From Anthoceros angustus (lineage: Eukaryota; Plantae; Anthocerotophyta): a stretch of DNA of 64,000 nucleotides. This document shows positions 25,499 through 38,181 of this stretch, piece by piece. The stretch's first letter is position 1. Each line of letters starts with the position of its first letter. The translations under genes and the position numbers were made by a program. Below the pieces are notes generated by a model that saw only the letters and a program-made list of their open reading frames with translations, was not told where the DNA came from and searched no databases. The DNA lies in assembly GCA_010909165.1 (NCBI GenBank), contig MU008153.1, positions 372,001 through 436,000 of the forward strand, read 5' to 3'.

Positions 25499-28400
25499 GG
25501 CCTTCGCCTTACCACACCGCTTTCGGAAAACCCGCGTCTACATCATGCATGGAGTCCACACAAAACGAATTTCATCATCAGGAAGTCATTACGTACATTA
25601 ATCTCATCCAATCATCTGCTACTCTGGGAAAGGGAGTCTTAACCATGGAGTAGGCACAAGAGTATTTTTTTTGTCGCGACATGGGCAAGAGTACTTCGAC
25701 ACACCGGGCGCAATAGGATTTGAGACACCCAGCCAAGCTTTAGAGGAAGAAGGTAAACTACCATGGTCCGCCTAAGCTACTTGCACAACGGCATCCACTC
25801 CCTCTAGGCACCCCATCTAAGTACACATCTAAGCGCACTATGTTCAACAGCGGCTATATCCTTGGTCGTATTGGACTCTTTTCGAGTTCAGTACATAGAT
25901 TATTATGGGAAAGTGATTTTTCTTGTACTCACTTTAAGAACATATATAGTACATACTACGAGAGGGTATACCTTGACTTCTTCCTCTTATTCTATCGAGT
26001 TATTTTTCACTTTTGCCAAAATTAGTTTTATTTTGTTTATAAAATTATTAAGGGCATGTAGACCTAGGAAGAAAACTCAACTCCATTTTATCCGCCATTC
26101 CTTCGCTCAAAATGGGCTACAGCTGCACTACTAAACCAGCCTAGAATGCGTGGAAGGTCTAAGCATTTTCTTCAGGAATAAGGTGTCTTACAAGCCTACA
26201 TCACCTTGTTTCCAAAAGAAAAGCTTTGCACATGTGAGACATACACCTTCAGGCATGAGATTGTTAGCATACGGTCACACATACACAATCAGCAGGTGTA
26301 CGCACTTTTTCTTGTTATCACTTGCTAAAAGACTCCACCAGCCAGTTTGTCTCAAATGTGAGGACTTACAAAATGCCGATCTTGCACAACAAATTAGTCT
26401 GGGACCATGGCCTAGGGGTGACCCACTTCCTGCAAGGGCTGTATGTATGCACCATAAAGACCTCCACTATCACCATCCTCCAACTACGAGCGTACCAAGA
26501 CAAAAATCCTAATTACTTCTTTCCAAGACTCCTCTCACACTTTGTGCTCTAGGATTGTTTCCAAGTGATAGGAAGTTAACTTGCAAGCCATTTTTCGTGC
26601 CAAAAATATATATATATTAATATACAACAATGTGGTGAAAAAGATTACAAATGATGAAACTAGAATCCATCAAGTCTGAGTTAGGGGTCTTGGATCGAGA
26701 GTCCTCCTCCTTTCCAGCTTCCAATAAATTTTGAGCCCTACGTATTATCTTCTTTTGAAACCTAAGGAGAGGCTTAAACAAAGTATCAAACCTGAACTGT
26801 ATCTCAATCTCTTTCTGAGTGGGAGTGGACACAAGTCCATTGATATTTCTCAAAGCTTGCAGGTCATTTTGCTCAAACTAACAAAAGCTGATGAAACTTG
26901 ATTACGGGAACATCTCCTTCTCTCATCCAAAAGAGGAAGAATACCAAGAGCACCCAAAATGAGAGTGGCGTAGCAAAGAGCACACCGGCCGGAGACAAGC
27001 TAATTGACTGCCCACAAACCTGCTATTTTCAGAAGCTCTGAATTGGAACCCAATTTGTGTGTGCACCCAGATCCTCTACTTGCTCTGTTACTCACAGATA
27101 ATAGCGAGCCCGTCCGAGAAACTTTGAAATCCACACAAAAGGAGCCCCCATTTTCTCCAAGCTTGCAAACAAAGCAAACGGCATTCGCTCCTTGGCTTCA
27201 CAAGATGCAAAAAGATGCAGACCCATAGATTGCAACTACGCTAACTACTTGACATGAAAACGAAGCACAAGCTAATGCCATGGCTTCAAGGAAACGGAGC
27301 AGCACCCAGGGGGCAAATGCTAGTGCTGGTGCTGGTGCAAGACTTGTGAAGTCCAAACCGACAGGGGTATAAAATCCGATTTTAGCGGCACAGGGGACCT
27401 TCTAAGGGAAGAGTGCAGCTTTGAAGTCGAAACAAGGGAAGGGAGCATTTGGGTTGGTGGATGACAATACCTCAACACTGTTGGACGAGCTAGGGGTTGT
27501 TCCAAACAATACTCTAGAGAACCCTTTTACTACGAGAGAGAAAAATGCCTTCCAGGAAGTATGTGCAGATCTCCCCGAAAAGGGACTACTAGACAAAGAA
27601 TGGTGCATCCATGAAGAAGGCATTGATTCCATTGAGGCAAACTTTGATCCCATTCTTGTCTAATGGGTGAATGGGTACATGGACGTGCTCAAGACATAGA
27701 AGATAGTGGTTTTCTACATTCTTTAGGCTTGGAAGTACGAGGTCCGACCATAGGTGAGAATGAAGCTTTTGATCTGCACCATGAAGGAGAAGTTTTACAT
27801 CAAAGTTCCAATTGTCATCGGATGCTTGTCTTGAGTGCGGACAAGTTGATTCCAAGACGCTACAACACACTAGATCTTCGCATAGGACTTGATGTTGTCA
27901 TTACAATCGAAAAGGTGAGCCTACAGGTATTATGTATTGTTTGTTGCTAGTATTGTGTGTTTTCGTAGAGACTTGAAGACCCCCAGTGCGCACACTGCAG
28001 GCCCCTAGCGGACAAGTGTGCACACTTGTGCACACAGTGGGCCTTCATGGCCCTATGCACGCACAAGTGCGTGCACTGCAGGCTTGCAGGTCGCTAATAC
28101 TTTGATTGTATCTTTCTTACAGACGTTCAGGAATGTGTTGACATTTATCCGAAAAGAGATAGTAGTTGGATTGACTATGACGAAGATGGCCGACTAAGCT
28201 GTGGCGAGCCAACCTTTAGTTAACGGGCAGCAAGGTTGCAAACTGCCGTCTTCTTTCTTCAGCCGACGAATTCTGCCATATTCTTTCTCCAGACCTGCTG
28301 ACGATTCGTCGGTAGGTCTAGAGGAAGAAATCTCAAAGAAAGACTCGACGGAGTAAGAAACAAAAAGATATCACACTCCAGATGCTAAGGATGGAGAGGC

Positions 28401-29030
28401 TGACGCAGATAGTGGAGATCGCGATGAAGAAGGAGCAACCGAAGAAGAAGCGGATGATGAAGCAATGGGTTGAGTGATCGAGAGGATAACAACAACAATG
28501 AGGAGATGAATAGCGAGGGGGCATCCATACGGTCCTCTAATGCCTCTAAAAATCAATTTCTTTTGCCATTTGCAAAAAAATTCTTACGGAGCCTAGAAGG
28601 CATCCAAAATGAATCTATAGCAAAAAGAGCGAGGGCAGATACTATGGAGAAGGCACAAGGAAAGAAAAAAGCCCAGACAAATACCAAGTTGTGGAAATAG
28701 ACGAGGATCTTCAGGAAATTGTTCGCGATTCACCTGTGACGAGGAAAAGGAAAGACGAAGGCATGAAAAGAGGTAAGCCCACTTACCTGGACGATAGTTC
28801 GGCAACGGGGCGAGTGATTACTAAAGCAGTTCTAACAGACAGCGATAGAGTGGAGCGAGTGCAGCTAAACAAGGATCCTCTTAATCAAATTCGGAAGTCA
28901 GCGCATAAGAAGAGATGCATACCTTACACTGACATGGTTGCCATCACCACGCTGAGAAGTGCTTTTTATTTAACTCGTGACGCTTAGATCCCGAAGAGTA
29001 GATTAGTCTTGGAGAAAGCATCTTCTCCGA

Positions 29031-29214
29031 GAAATAGTGAGTAGGGTGTGGAGATGACTAAGAAGAAAGCCCCTAGTGAAATAGTGAGTAGGGTGTAGAG
29101 ATGACTAAGAAGAAAGCCCCTAGTGAAATAGTGAGTAGGGTGTGGAGATGACTAAGAAGAAAGCCCCTAGTGAAATAGTGAGTAGGGTGTGGACATGACT
29201 AAGAAGAAAGCCCG
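29031..29214. repeat. 47-bp tandem array, ~4 copies
   Basis: gaaatagtgagtagggtgtggagatgactaagaagaaagcccctagt starting at 29031, 29078, 29125, 29172. Confidence 0.95.
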
Positions 29215-29640
29215 TATTGATATTGTTTACCTTTCCTTTGCTCAAGAATGGCTGTTGTTAAGTATAATATCGGATCAGCCTTGAATAAATGGATGGGTGG
29301 TAAGTCCGACATTTTCGTTAGAACAAGATGCATTACCTTGGCTTCTAAAGAAAGGGCTAGAAGTACCTACTACCCTTTCTAGGGTGATCGGATCAGCAAT
29401 GCAACAACAGCCACAAGAAAGTTGGACAACATTGATGTGGTTTCTTTGCTAGTGATCTATATTCACTCTTCATATATGATGATTACAAGTAACAAGTGCA
29501 TTCCTTTGGGTGTGGTTTAAAATACACCAACAAGCATGAAATTGAAGGATGCATGAGAATTATTAACCTAGCAAACAAGACATGGAAACAACTCCCAAAA
29601 GTTAAGGTACCCGAATTTGAAATGGAATCGCGCTTGTAAA
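29200..29640 (+). pseudogene. F-box paralogue relic
   Basis: KKARIDIVYLSFAQE...LPWLLKK...CMRIINLANKTWKQLPKVKVP with stops; homologous to 12912-13340(-) and to the intact F-box gene. Confidence 0.75.
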
Positions 29641-31213
29641 GGTAAACACGTAAGCAGACAAAATTGACTAAACAACACTTACATAAGTTTTCAAAATTTA
29701 ATATTACTGAAGTCACTCACTCATTGCCTAACTTTACTTAGCTTACTCATATCATATTTGGCTCATGAACACTATATATTATATGACCTTTGGACTTGGC
29801 ATAATCTAGAGCATAAAAACATATTTTCGATATATATAATATCCATATCAAATACTCAAAGTATAAAATAATTAATAAAAATAATTTTTAATAAAATTAT
29901 ATTTATTCTTTTTAGGACACTATGTGACCGGTGATTCACGCAGCAATTTGTTCCTTTAATTTGTTAAATCTATGAATTATGTTTCCGCTTGGGTTTTATT
30001 TCACCAATAAATTGGATGACATGGACAGGATGCGATTGATTGATTGATTGATAGAAAGTTTGTTACATGTGGTAGGGCTTGCATTGTAGGGTTGAACTAT
30101 TTCTAAATTGTAACAATGTAAAATTTATTTAGATTTATAATTTTATTCTATATTTTTATATTTTACTTCAAATTATTTTTGTGTAACCTTTTAAGTTTAC
30201 TTTTATTATTTTTGCTTGATTTTCCATTTATTGAGTAAAATAAATCAATTAATAATAATCATTTAATAACATAGAGTCCGAATGGGGATTATTTAATGTC
30301 ATCCAAGGCCATTGGCTCATTCCATTTGTGGGAAACCTATAGCTGGACTTCCCAGCGGTGGACTACTTCTTGGGGCGGCCTTGTAAATGTTGCCTAGAGC
30401 CCTAATGGACCAGTTCTGCTGGTTGCTTTTGACTAGTCACCAACTCTAGCAGCCTTCGACTTTGTTGCCATGCCTCCCTCATTAGATGTGCACTGGTTGC
30501 CATTAGATTTGCCTGGTCTTCATAGCATCACGGGAGGGTTAGCAACATTGACAAGATTGTCTAGAACAATATTGGAAAGCACTCGGCGGTATCCTGCAGT
30601 GCTGACAAGGCGCAAGCCTCGTCAGCGCTTGTGGCCATTTTTGAAGTGCGGCAGTCACCGATTGTATGTGTGTCACTCTTGGGCTTTGTTTTAGCTCCAT
30701 AGGCCGGGGTGAGGCTGGTAATATTTGCTTTCCATGAAAGCAAAAAGCTGAAGCGGGGGATGCTACTCTTGGTTTGTTGGAGCAACGGATTTTGCTCCAT
30801 CTATTCCCATGTGTTTGGCGGTTTAGGGTGGAGCCATCAACAACAACAATAAATGCGACATACATACATGCATATGGTGACCGTCGCATCAGTACATAGG
30901 TAGCAGCTGTTGTTCCCCTGTAGCACATTAACCCCTAAGGGTCGAACCTCCTCAAATTGGGTAGTTGTCTGTACGTTTTAGGCTCTTTGACTTTTTCCGC
31001 ATTGATTTTTTTACTTCAGACCTGTGAACATATGTGCTTGACAATGTGGGGAGCATGTAGATTTTTAGAGTAGAAAAAAAGAGACACCATTTCCATGCCT
31101 GATGGTGAGCTTAAAAGGGAGATTCCTGGGAGATGGCATAGAACAAGGCCCGGGTACATGCCAAAGGAAGGCCTGCCGTCACAACGGCCCCAATTCTTGA
31201 GCCGTTCTAGACC

Positions 31214-32175
31214 GTGGTCCGTGAGGCCTCGACAACAGCAAATGACGAACGGGCAACATCCGGGCGCCTATTGGAAGGCTGGAACCTAGATCTGACACCT
31301 AGTTTGGAAGGCTACAAGAAGATTATTCTCGATCTTATTCATGCACAGAGGGAAGAAATGCACAGTTATATTGCCAAAAAGTTGCGGGGTTTGGATTATC
31401 AGGTTGGAAGACTCTCGGAAAAGTTGGGGTAGTAAGGATTACAAAATGAAGTTTTTTCACGGACCATAGAGGAGAAAGCTATAAATTTGGAAAATCAGTT
31501 TACTTCAACGAAACAAGTTTTACCTAGATATTTGGAGAAGCTTACTGGTAAAAACCTCATAGGGATTAATGATCCCCCTGCTCCTTCTTGTCCTGGTGGT
31601 AACACAATATCGGAAGTTGTTTCCGAGACGGCAGACCGTGCTCGCTGTGCTTTGAACTTGAGAATTTCTGGTCTTGGTAATGATATTGTTGCACCACTTG
31701 TGGCTGCAAAGGAGTTTCTCCATAGTCTAGAGGTCGATGTGCTCGTTCCTCGAGCCTTCTGGCTTGGAAAAGATCCCGGTAGGGAGAGCATATTGATTAT
31801 GACTTCATTCTATGGATGATCGCCTCTAGGTTACGAAGGCTAGGTCTATGTTACGGACAACTCAATTATATATCAATGAGGATCTTACACCATTGCAACG
31901 GAAGATTAAGAAGGAGAAGTTACCCGCTTTCAGAGCAGCTCGTGCTGCAGGTCAAGTGCCTTTCTTTTGTGGGGATGAATTGGTGGTATTTGGCCCTCGT
32001 TCACAAAATTTCATTGACACTGTTGATTGATTAAAGATTATTTGTCTTGTTTGAATTTTACCTTTACATTAGTCCAGACCAGTTTACCGCAATTTATGTA
32101 GTTATCATATTTCATTCCCATGATGGAAATCCATCCTTGGTGGACTTTAATAAAATTCTTCTTCTTTTTCTATTG
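31214..32175 (+). mobile_element. Decayed LINE ORF1-like sequence followed closely by an AATAAA-(TTC)n 3' tail
   Basis: Coiled-coil start, LNLRISGL, LYINEDLTPLQRKIKKE (typical ORF1 RRM/CTD of L2/CR1-group LINEs); tail at 32140-32170. Confidence 0.55.
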
Positions 32176-33133
32176 CCGGTTATCTAAGTGTCAAGGGCCC
32201 ATGGAACCCTGATCCCATTGTGTTTTCGGAAATGGCAGTCACCGTACTTCGAAAGGTAGAGCTTACAGGGAATGGCCCAATGCTCCTGACCTCCAATTGT
32301 GCTCACATTTTATGAGGATGTCCATGGCCTTGCCAAGAATTTGTGATAAAGTTTGCTTAACCCAGCTCCTTGTCATTCTCCGCCCACGAGTGAAGATGCT
32401 TGTTCGTGGCCTTATGAACATGAAGGATCAACGGGCTTTGGAAATTTGTGGAAGTGTCATATGAGGCATTGCCATTTTGAAGTGTCAGATTCGCCACATG
32501 ACACCTGGCCTCCTTCAACTGTGCCGCCAGGTCTTTGAATGTCCTTGTGTGATGAGAATCATCGACACCACATGTTATGTCCACTTGAGATAGGCAAGAG
32601 CTGCTGCTTGCGTGAACCCCCCATATCCATTGCTATATTCGAATACGCTCCTATGTATTTTGCTCCTCTTGAGCATACTGCCATCACCCCACGTATTGAT
32701 CACTACCAGCGCCCTCATTCAAGTTTGTGTGTGCCCAGTACTGCCTAAATGTGCCATGATGGGAATATTTGAAGCATTGTTTGAGCGAAGGGAGGGGAAT
32801 GCTTCATGACTTCTGGCAAGTAAAAAACGCTAGGAATGTAGAGAGCCTAGTTCGTACTGCTGGAACTGGACAGATTTACATTATGAAGTCTCCTACAAAT
32901 CCAAGTTTTATTGATCAGTCCCGCGCTTAAGAACTCCTACCAATTTACATACTAAAATCTCAAGTGTCTTGCTCTGCTTGACAAGCGCAATCTTCGAAGT
33001 CTCTAGCTCCAGTCTTCGGGTCACTCATGTTTATCATTCCCCTCCCAGCCGTAGATTAACTCATGCCACCCTGCTTGTAATTCGTCATGCCATGGAGGAT
33101 ATGGAAATATGCTTTGCGATCCCACAGCTGGAT

Positions 33134-33325
33134 TTAGTTCGATGGACAATATGATGACTCGCAATAGGGTACCCCTGCAACGAGATAATTAAGCTGGTGG
33201 GTCATTCCCATTTCTTTGGACTTGGTTCTTATACGAACAAGATGTGACGAGAGTCTGAGACACTGCGAAGGAAAATAGATCGATATTGTCCAACCTATCA
33301 TGTGTTCAAGAATGATTTGTATCAT
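33134..33325 (-). mobile_element. Degenerate LINE ORF2 C-terminal relic
   Basis: CLRLSSHLVRIRT resembles the LRxSSHxLxIETGR motif; otherwise heavily decayed. Confidence 0.35.
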
Positions 33326-33398
33326 ACTACCGGATCAACCTAGAATGGGTAGTGAGTTGTTGTGGTAGTTAGGTCTTAGCTGCAAGCGCCCACGGCCA

Positions 33399-33704
33399 TT
33401 ACAGATTACCTTTGGTCGCTATGCTTGCTTCATTGTTTGAAGTGCAGCCATAGGGGCACTGCAACTGCAATGCAAGACTCCCATACCAACGCACACACCA
33501 CACACGGTAATGAGTGCGACAACAACCATTCGTGAGCTCTGAAAAAAGGTGGGCAAGAATGAAAGGAAAAGGGACAAGAATCGGTCTTCGTCTCCTTGCT
33601 CTGTTCACATTCTCTTCACATCTCATTATTATGAGCCCCATGTCCATTTCTTTGGGAATATCCTTGCACGCATCCGCCAACATGGATTCGGAATTGCAGG
33701 TCAC
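33399..33704 (-). pseudogene. Possible further relic of the same decayed F-box family
   Basis: caaagaaatggacatggggctcataataa matches caaagaaatggacttgggcttgtaataa at ~13330(-). Confidence 0.35.
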
Positions 33705-34337
33705 ATGATAATAGTGAACCTCTTAAACAGTACACAGCGGTAGCTCCCAAAACAGCTCCAACTACCAGATTTGTAGTCGAAGCCGGAGCAATACAAGTCA
33801 GCATTAGGTTTGTCTACATCAGCTATCTAGGTAGCTAAGGGCATGTGCGACGAGTGGTTGGCCATCGAGCCGCAAGTTTTCAGGAAAGAAGAAGAAGGTA
33901 AGTGCATGCTTGTGTCATGTATGCATGTGCCTATATGATTTTCTTGCGTGCAGGCAGCCATAGAAGCCCACACTCCTATCATGATGCCACGCCCGGAAGA
34001 TTGGGCGAAAGTTGAGCAGTACAGTGTCCTCATATGCATAAGCTACTATTGTTCCCTAGGTCAGTATGTTACACACGCACACACACGAAATCTGATGATG
34101 ACGTCCAGGAAACGATTGCTGGAAGCAAAAACTGAGCTCAGTGGCTCATTTCCTTGGGGGGGAACAAGGAGGGAGGCAAGGAAAGGAACATGCATGACAT
34201 ACAAGAGTTTCTATGAGGATAGAGGAGACGGAAAGTGCTTTGGATGTTGTGGGTTCAGAAGATGTTGAAGAACCAAGTAGAAAGTGTACAGTTGTGATAA
34301 AACAAATGAATTTATTTTACATAACATTAATGGACAC

Positions 34338-36260
34338 CTAAATCCCTTCCACCTTGATTTGAAGGCGAGGTTGCGGAACGGGCTCCGTGGCGGGGCGGTT
34401 GTAGTGTTGGTGGAGCTGGACGCGGTAGAACTTTTTGGTGCGGTTGTACAAGACCGTGGCAGCCAAGGCACCGGCGAGGCAAAAGACAGCCATGATGGCG
34501 AAAGCGAGGCGGAAACAGAGGGGACCGGTGCAGTCGATCTGGTCCGAGCCGTCGGCGGCGAAAAGGCGGGGAACCCGCGAGAAGAGGCGTTTGCGCATCC
34601 GTTCCGTGAGAGGCTTTCCGTTGAGGTTGGCCTGCCTGCTGGCTTGGATGTCGTAGAGGCAGCCGGCGATCTGGACGGAGAGCAGGTAGGCGCTTATCGG
34701 GTTGCTGACGGACACCAGGTTGAGCAGCGTGCCGAAGCTCCGCAGCCCGAAGAGCTCGGACGTGCACACCGGAATGAGGGCCCAGATCCCGCCATAGCTC
34801 AGCCCGATGGAGATCGAGCCGAGGTAGAGGCTGCCGGAGAAGGCTCCGGCCAGCACCAGGTGGCCTGCAGCAAGCATGGCCAGGCAGAGGACGAGGAAGC
34901 CGGGCCGCGGTATCCCCCGCTTGTGCAGAGCCAATTCTGAGAGAAGCCCGGATCCGACTCTGCCGAGGAAGTTCCAGATTGAGACGAGTGAGACGAATGT
35001 GTGCACGCGCGACTGGGAGTACCCTAGCGATGTTCCGACCTGGCTCAGGTTGTCGATGGCTGTCAGCCCTGACCCGATCCCTAAGCTGGATGCAAGCAGG
35101 AGGAGCCAGAAGTCCGCCCCGCTGATGGCTTCTAGCAAGCTGAAATCGTCTCCTCGCTGCGGACGCGGCTTGGGAGGCGGGGCGAGCTCGTCCGGATCCT
35201 GAAGCTTGCTCTGATTGATGTCAGTGTAGGCCGGGGAAGATGATCCTGCTTCCGATCTGGAGTAGCCGTTCTCAGGGGTGTCTGGATCTGAAGGTGGATC
35301 GACATGTAATAGTTTCTTGGAGGAGGAGGAGGAGAAGGAGGGGGGAGAGGAGGAGCGGTGCTTGGAATTAATGACCTTGTCCTCGTCTTGGCGATGGCGA
35401 TCTGGCAGCAGAGGGGCCTTGAGTGAGGAGGAGGAGGAAGAAAGGGTAGTCTCCTTGTACTGGGATTTGATGGCCACACCTACAGGAAGGATCAGCATGA
35501 GCAAGATGACGGACACAATTAGCCAGATCCAGGTTGTTCCAATTGCGACAGAATCCTCCACCATGATCACAGCCATAAGGAAGACGGAGAGGGAGAGAGC
35601 GATGGCGGAGACGAGGAGGAGGTTCTTGATCTCATCTGGCTCCTTTTTCTGTGTCTCGAGAGGTCTGACGACGAACATAACGGCCACGGGAAGCACGGTG
35701 CTGAGCCAGGACACCATGAGGAGGAAGCTGCTTTGGTCCTGCCCGTAGATGGCCAGCCAGAGTTGCGTCAGGATGGCGCTGCTGAGGCCGGAGAATCCCT
35801 TCATCATCCCAACCATAATGCCACGGTTCATGGGGAAGTTCTTGACGCAGGTGACAACAGCCGCGGTGTGGAGGTACGTTTGCCCGTTGGCAGCAATGCA
35901 GATGTAGCAGCACATTTGCCAGAGTGCCGGCTGCTCGACCTGCCCGGTCATGGCCATCCACATCATGGTGTAGCCGTACAAATTCTGCGCGGCTCCGATC
36001 ACCAGGACGCCCCACGGCGGGAAGCGGTCGTACAGCAAGCCGGAGATGATTCCCACGCTCTCTCCCAGATCCTTGAACCAGCCGAGGGTATCCAGTGTTT
36101 GCTGGTCGTACCCCATGCCATCCTTGAGCTCGCCGGAGTACAGGCTGAAATTGTAGGACGCGCCGGAGACAGCCTGAATCCACATGCTCACCACCAGGAT
36201 GAACCATCGGTTCCTCACCAAATCCGCCACGAATCTCAGGTACTTGTCCGCTCTCTCCAT
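34338..36260 (-). CDS. Nodulin-like / NFD4-like major facilitator superfamily transporter (640 aa, intronless)
   Basis: NRWFILVVSMWIQAVSGASYNFSLYSGELK; GWFKDLGESVGIISG; TCVKNFPMNRGIMVGMMKGFSGLSSAILTQL; SELFGLRSFGTLLN; CTGPLCFRLAF. Confidence 0.95.
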   Translation of the reverse strand: MERADKYLRFVADLVRNRWFILVVSMWIQAVSGASYNFSLYSGELKDGMGYDQQTLDTLGWFKDLGESVGIISGLLYDRFPPWGVLVIGAAQNLYGYTMMWMAMTGQVEQPALWQMCCYICIAANGQTYLHTAAVVTCVKNFPMNRGIMVGMMKGFSGLSSAILTQLWLAIYGQDQSSFLLMVSWLSTVLPVAVMFVVRPLETQKKEPDEIKNLLLVSAIALSLSVFLMAVIMVEDSVAIGTTWIWLIVSVILLMLILPVGVAIKSQYKETTLSSSSSSLKAPLLPDRHRQDEDKVINSKHRSSSPPSFSSSSSKKLLHVDPPSDPDTPENGYSRSEAGSSSPAYTDINQSKLQDPDELAPPPKPRPQRGDDFSLLEAISGADFWLLLLASSLGIGSGLTAIDNLSQVGTSLGYSQSRVHTFVSLVSIWNFLGRVGSGLLSELALHKRGIPRPGFLVLCLAMLAAGHLVLAGAFSGSLYLGSISIGLSYGGIWALIPVCTSELFGLRSFGTLLNLVSVSNPISAYLLSVQIAGCLYDIQASRQANLNGKPLTERMRKRLFSRVPRLFAADGSDQIDCTGPLCFRLAFAIMAVFCLAGALAATVLYNRTKKFYRVQLHQHYNRPATEPVPQPRLQIKVEGI

Positions 36261-37710
36261 ACTGACAGATCAGATCACTCAGATTCCTGCAGCTGTTTCA
36301 AAGCAGACTGTAGCGCAGCAGCAGCAGCTGCTCCGAGAGATTCAGCACACACTCATGCACGTATTCCTTTGCAGCTGCTCTTTGTTGACCGGCTGGGAGA
36401 TGGAAGATTTCATGCTGCGCGACTTTGAGCACTGCACCACAGAATATTATGCTCTTCACTCCTGCTGCAGGAAGATGCGCAGCAATTGATCAGATCTGCA
36501 AACTTCTTGGTAGGTTGAGCACGATCTCCTGCTCCGGAAGGTGCAATTCCTCCAAGAACAGGCGGCCATTTGCGGCGGGCTTGGAGGCATCGCCGGCGCC
36601 GGTATGCAATGGAATTGATGCGGATGGTGAGATGCAGGGAAGGGGTGGAAGGAATGCAAGGGACGAGGCAGGCAGGGTACAAATTTGATTGAAGCACCCT
36701 GCCAAGTGTCGGACAGCGTTGCATCCGCAGGGCCAGGCGCTCCACGGTGACAGGAGCGGCGGCCTTCCGACTGCTAACGGGGTGTCAAGAGAGGACACCT
36801 TGCAAAAGCGTTGCATCTGACAGGCGACTCCGCAGCAGGTGTCTTCCCCTCACATGCATGGGCCTCGCATGCACAAGGGTCTTGGCGACCATGGCCGGGG
36901 TCATGCCAACCGGCGTCGCCCATATGGTTCGGCCTCGTCTGGGACCTTCGGGGGCAAGGTCGGAGCTGCGATACCTCATCGGCTTGGTGGAACACATGTC
37001 GCCTACTCTGCCGGCTTCGGGAATCGGGAGCCGCAACTGTCAGAAGTGTCTGGTATAATTACTCTCATAGGGAGTCGCGCGGCAATTGGAGAATGTAACT
37101 ATGACACCACATCGCTTTTTCCTGGACGGCATCCTCCATCTTTAGTATTGGCTACCTCCAGAATCGAGAAGAGACAGGTACGGAATTCCGGATCGGCTGA
37201 AAACGGGGATGGCAGCAGAACGTGGAACTATGTACTTCAAACAAAAAACATGGCTGCTGTCCCCCAGCGATCTGGGGAAAGTTGGGGGATGTACATATTT
37301 GCTCTTGACCACCTGGAGGTTGGAGGATAGGAGCTCGGGAGTCGGAACCGCAACAAAATTTGGTGCGAACGCGAATTTGCAAATCTGCGGACTTTTGCAA
37401 AGTCCGCTTACTTTGTAACTTCGTAATGGGCGCAACATGCGATTCTTTTTGTTAGAGCTTATTAAGCATTGACCACAGCACCCACCGAACTTTTATCTCG
37501 TAAGAATTCAATTGTCATTGCTTGGCTATCTATATTGCTTGCTTGATGATGGAGGTCAAGCCAATGTGGGGAGCTTTGTTCATATCAAGTTACTAACCTC
37601 ACAAATATCTTGTGTTTATTATTTCAATATCATTTGATATTCAAGAGAAAGTAGAAGAAAAAGGCATCAGTTTATCTTTGTACAAGGATTGCCAAATCTA
37701 ATAACGTATT

Positions 37711-38181
37711 GGAAGGATGCACAACCAGCAAGACTCACAAGTACTCTCCTATGCAAGACGGCGATGTTTTCATCCCCCTCGCCCTCGAGACTCATGGGGC
37801 TATGGGCAAGGGCTTCTCTAGGTTAATTAAGGAGTGTGCCATAGCCTATCACAGCCACAAGAATTGGAGGAGCCTCCCCCTTTCCTCCGTGGTGGCTTTC
37901 TTTCGCCAGCGGGTTTCCATAGCTCTGCAGAAAGCTTTGGCTAACGCTGTTTATAGGATGGCTACGTGCGCAGGACTAGCGGCTTCTTTGGCACCGGTGG
38001 TAGGTAGGCCCTTCATCATCCCTGATCACGATATCCTTGGTGCAGTAGGTAGTTACGGGAAAGGCATTCGAGGGGACTAGGACTTCCCCTTTTACTATTA
38101 GCCCTTTTTGGGTTGTTCCTCCTCAGTCTTCAGGGGTAGATGGGATTTCCCATCTCGCCTATTAATAACGTCTACTCTTCA
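37711..38181 (+). mobile_element. 5'-truncated copy of the CRE-like element with a 13-bp target-site duplication
   Basis: High identity to 12445-12911. ctaataacgtatt at 37698-37710 and again at 38182-38194. Confidence 0.9.

Noticed and set aside
26150-26552. Possible LINE RT C-terminal relic (RTYK...QLRA)
   Set aside because: Too few conserved residues to support a call
27421-28987. Fragmented ORFs with an acidic stretch, possibly a TE or pseudogene
   Set aside because: Multiple stops and no identifiable family
29031-29214. Regular repeats here and at 39.1k and 51.5k considered as CRISPR-like arrays
   Set aside because: Head-to-tail tandem units without unique spacers, eukaryotic context, no cas genes
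34284-36428. Several 150-230-aa alternative-frame/antisense ORFs over the MFS gene
   Set aside because: Explained by the codon bias of the real gene
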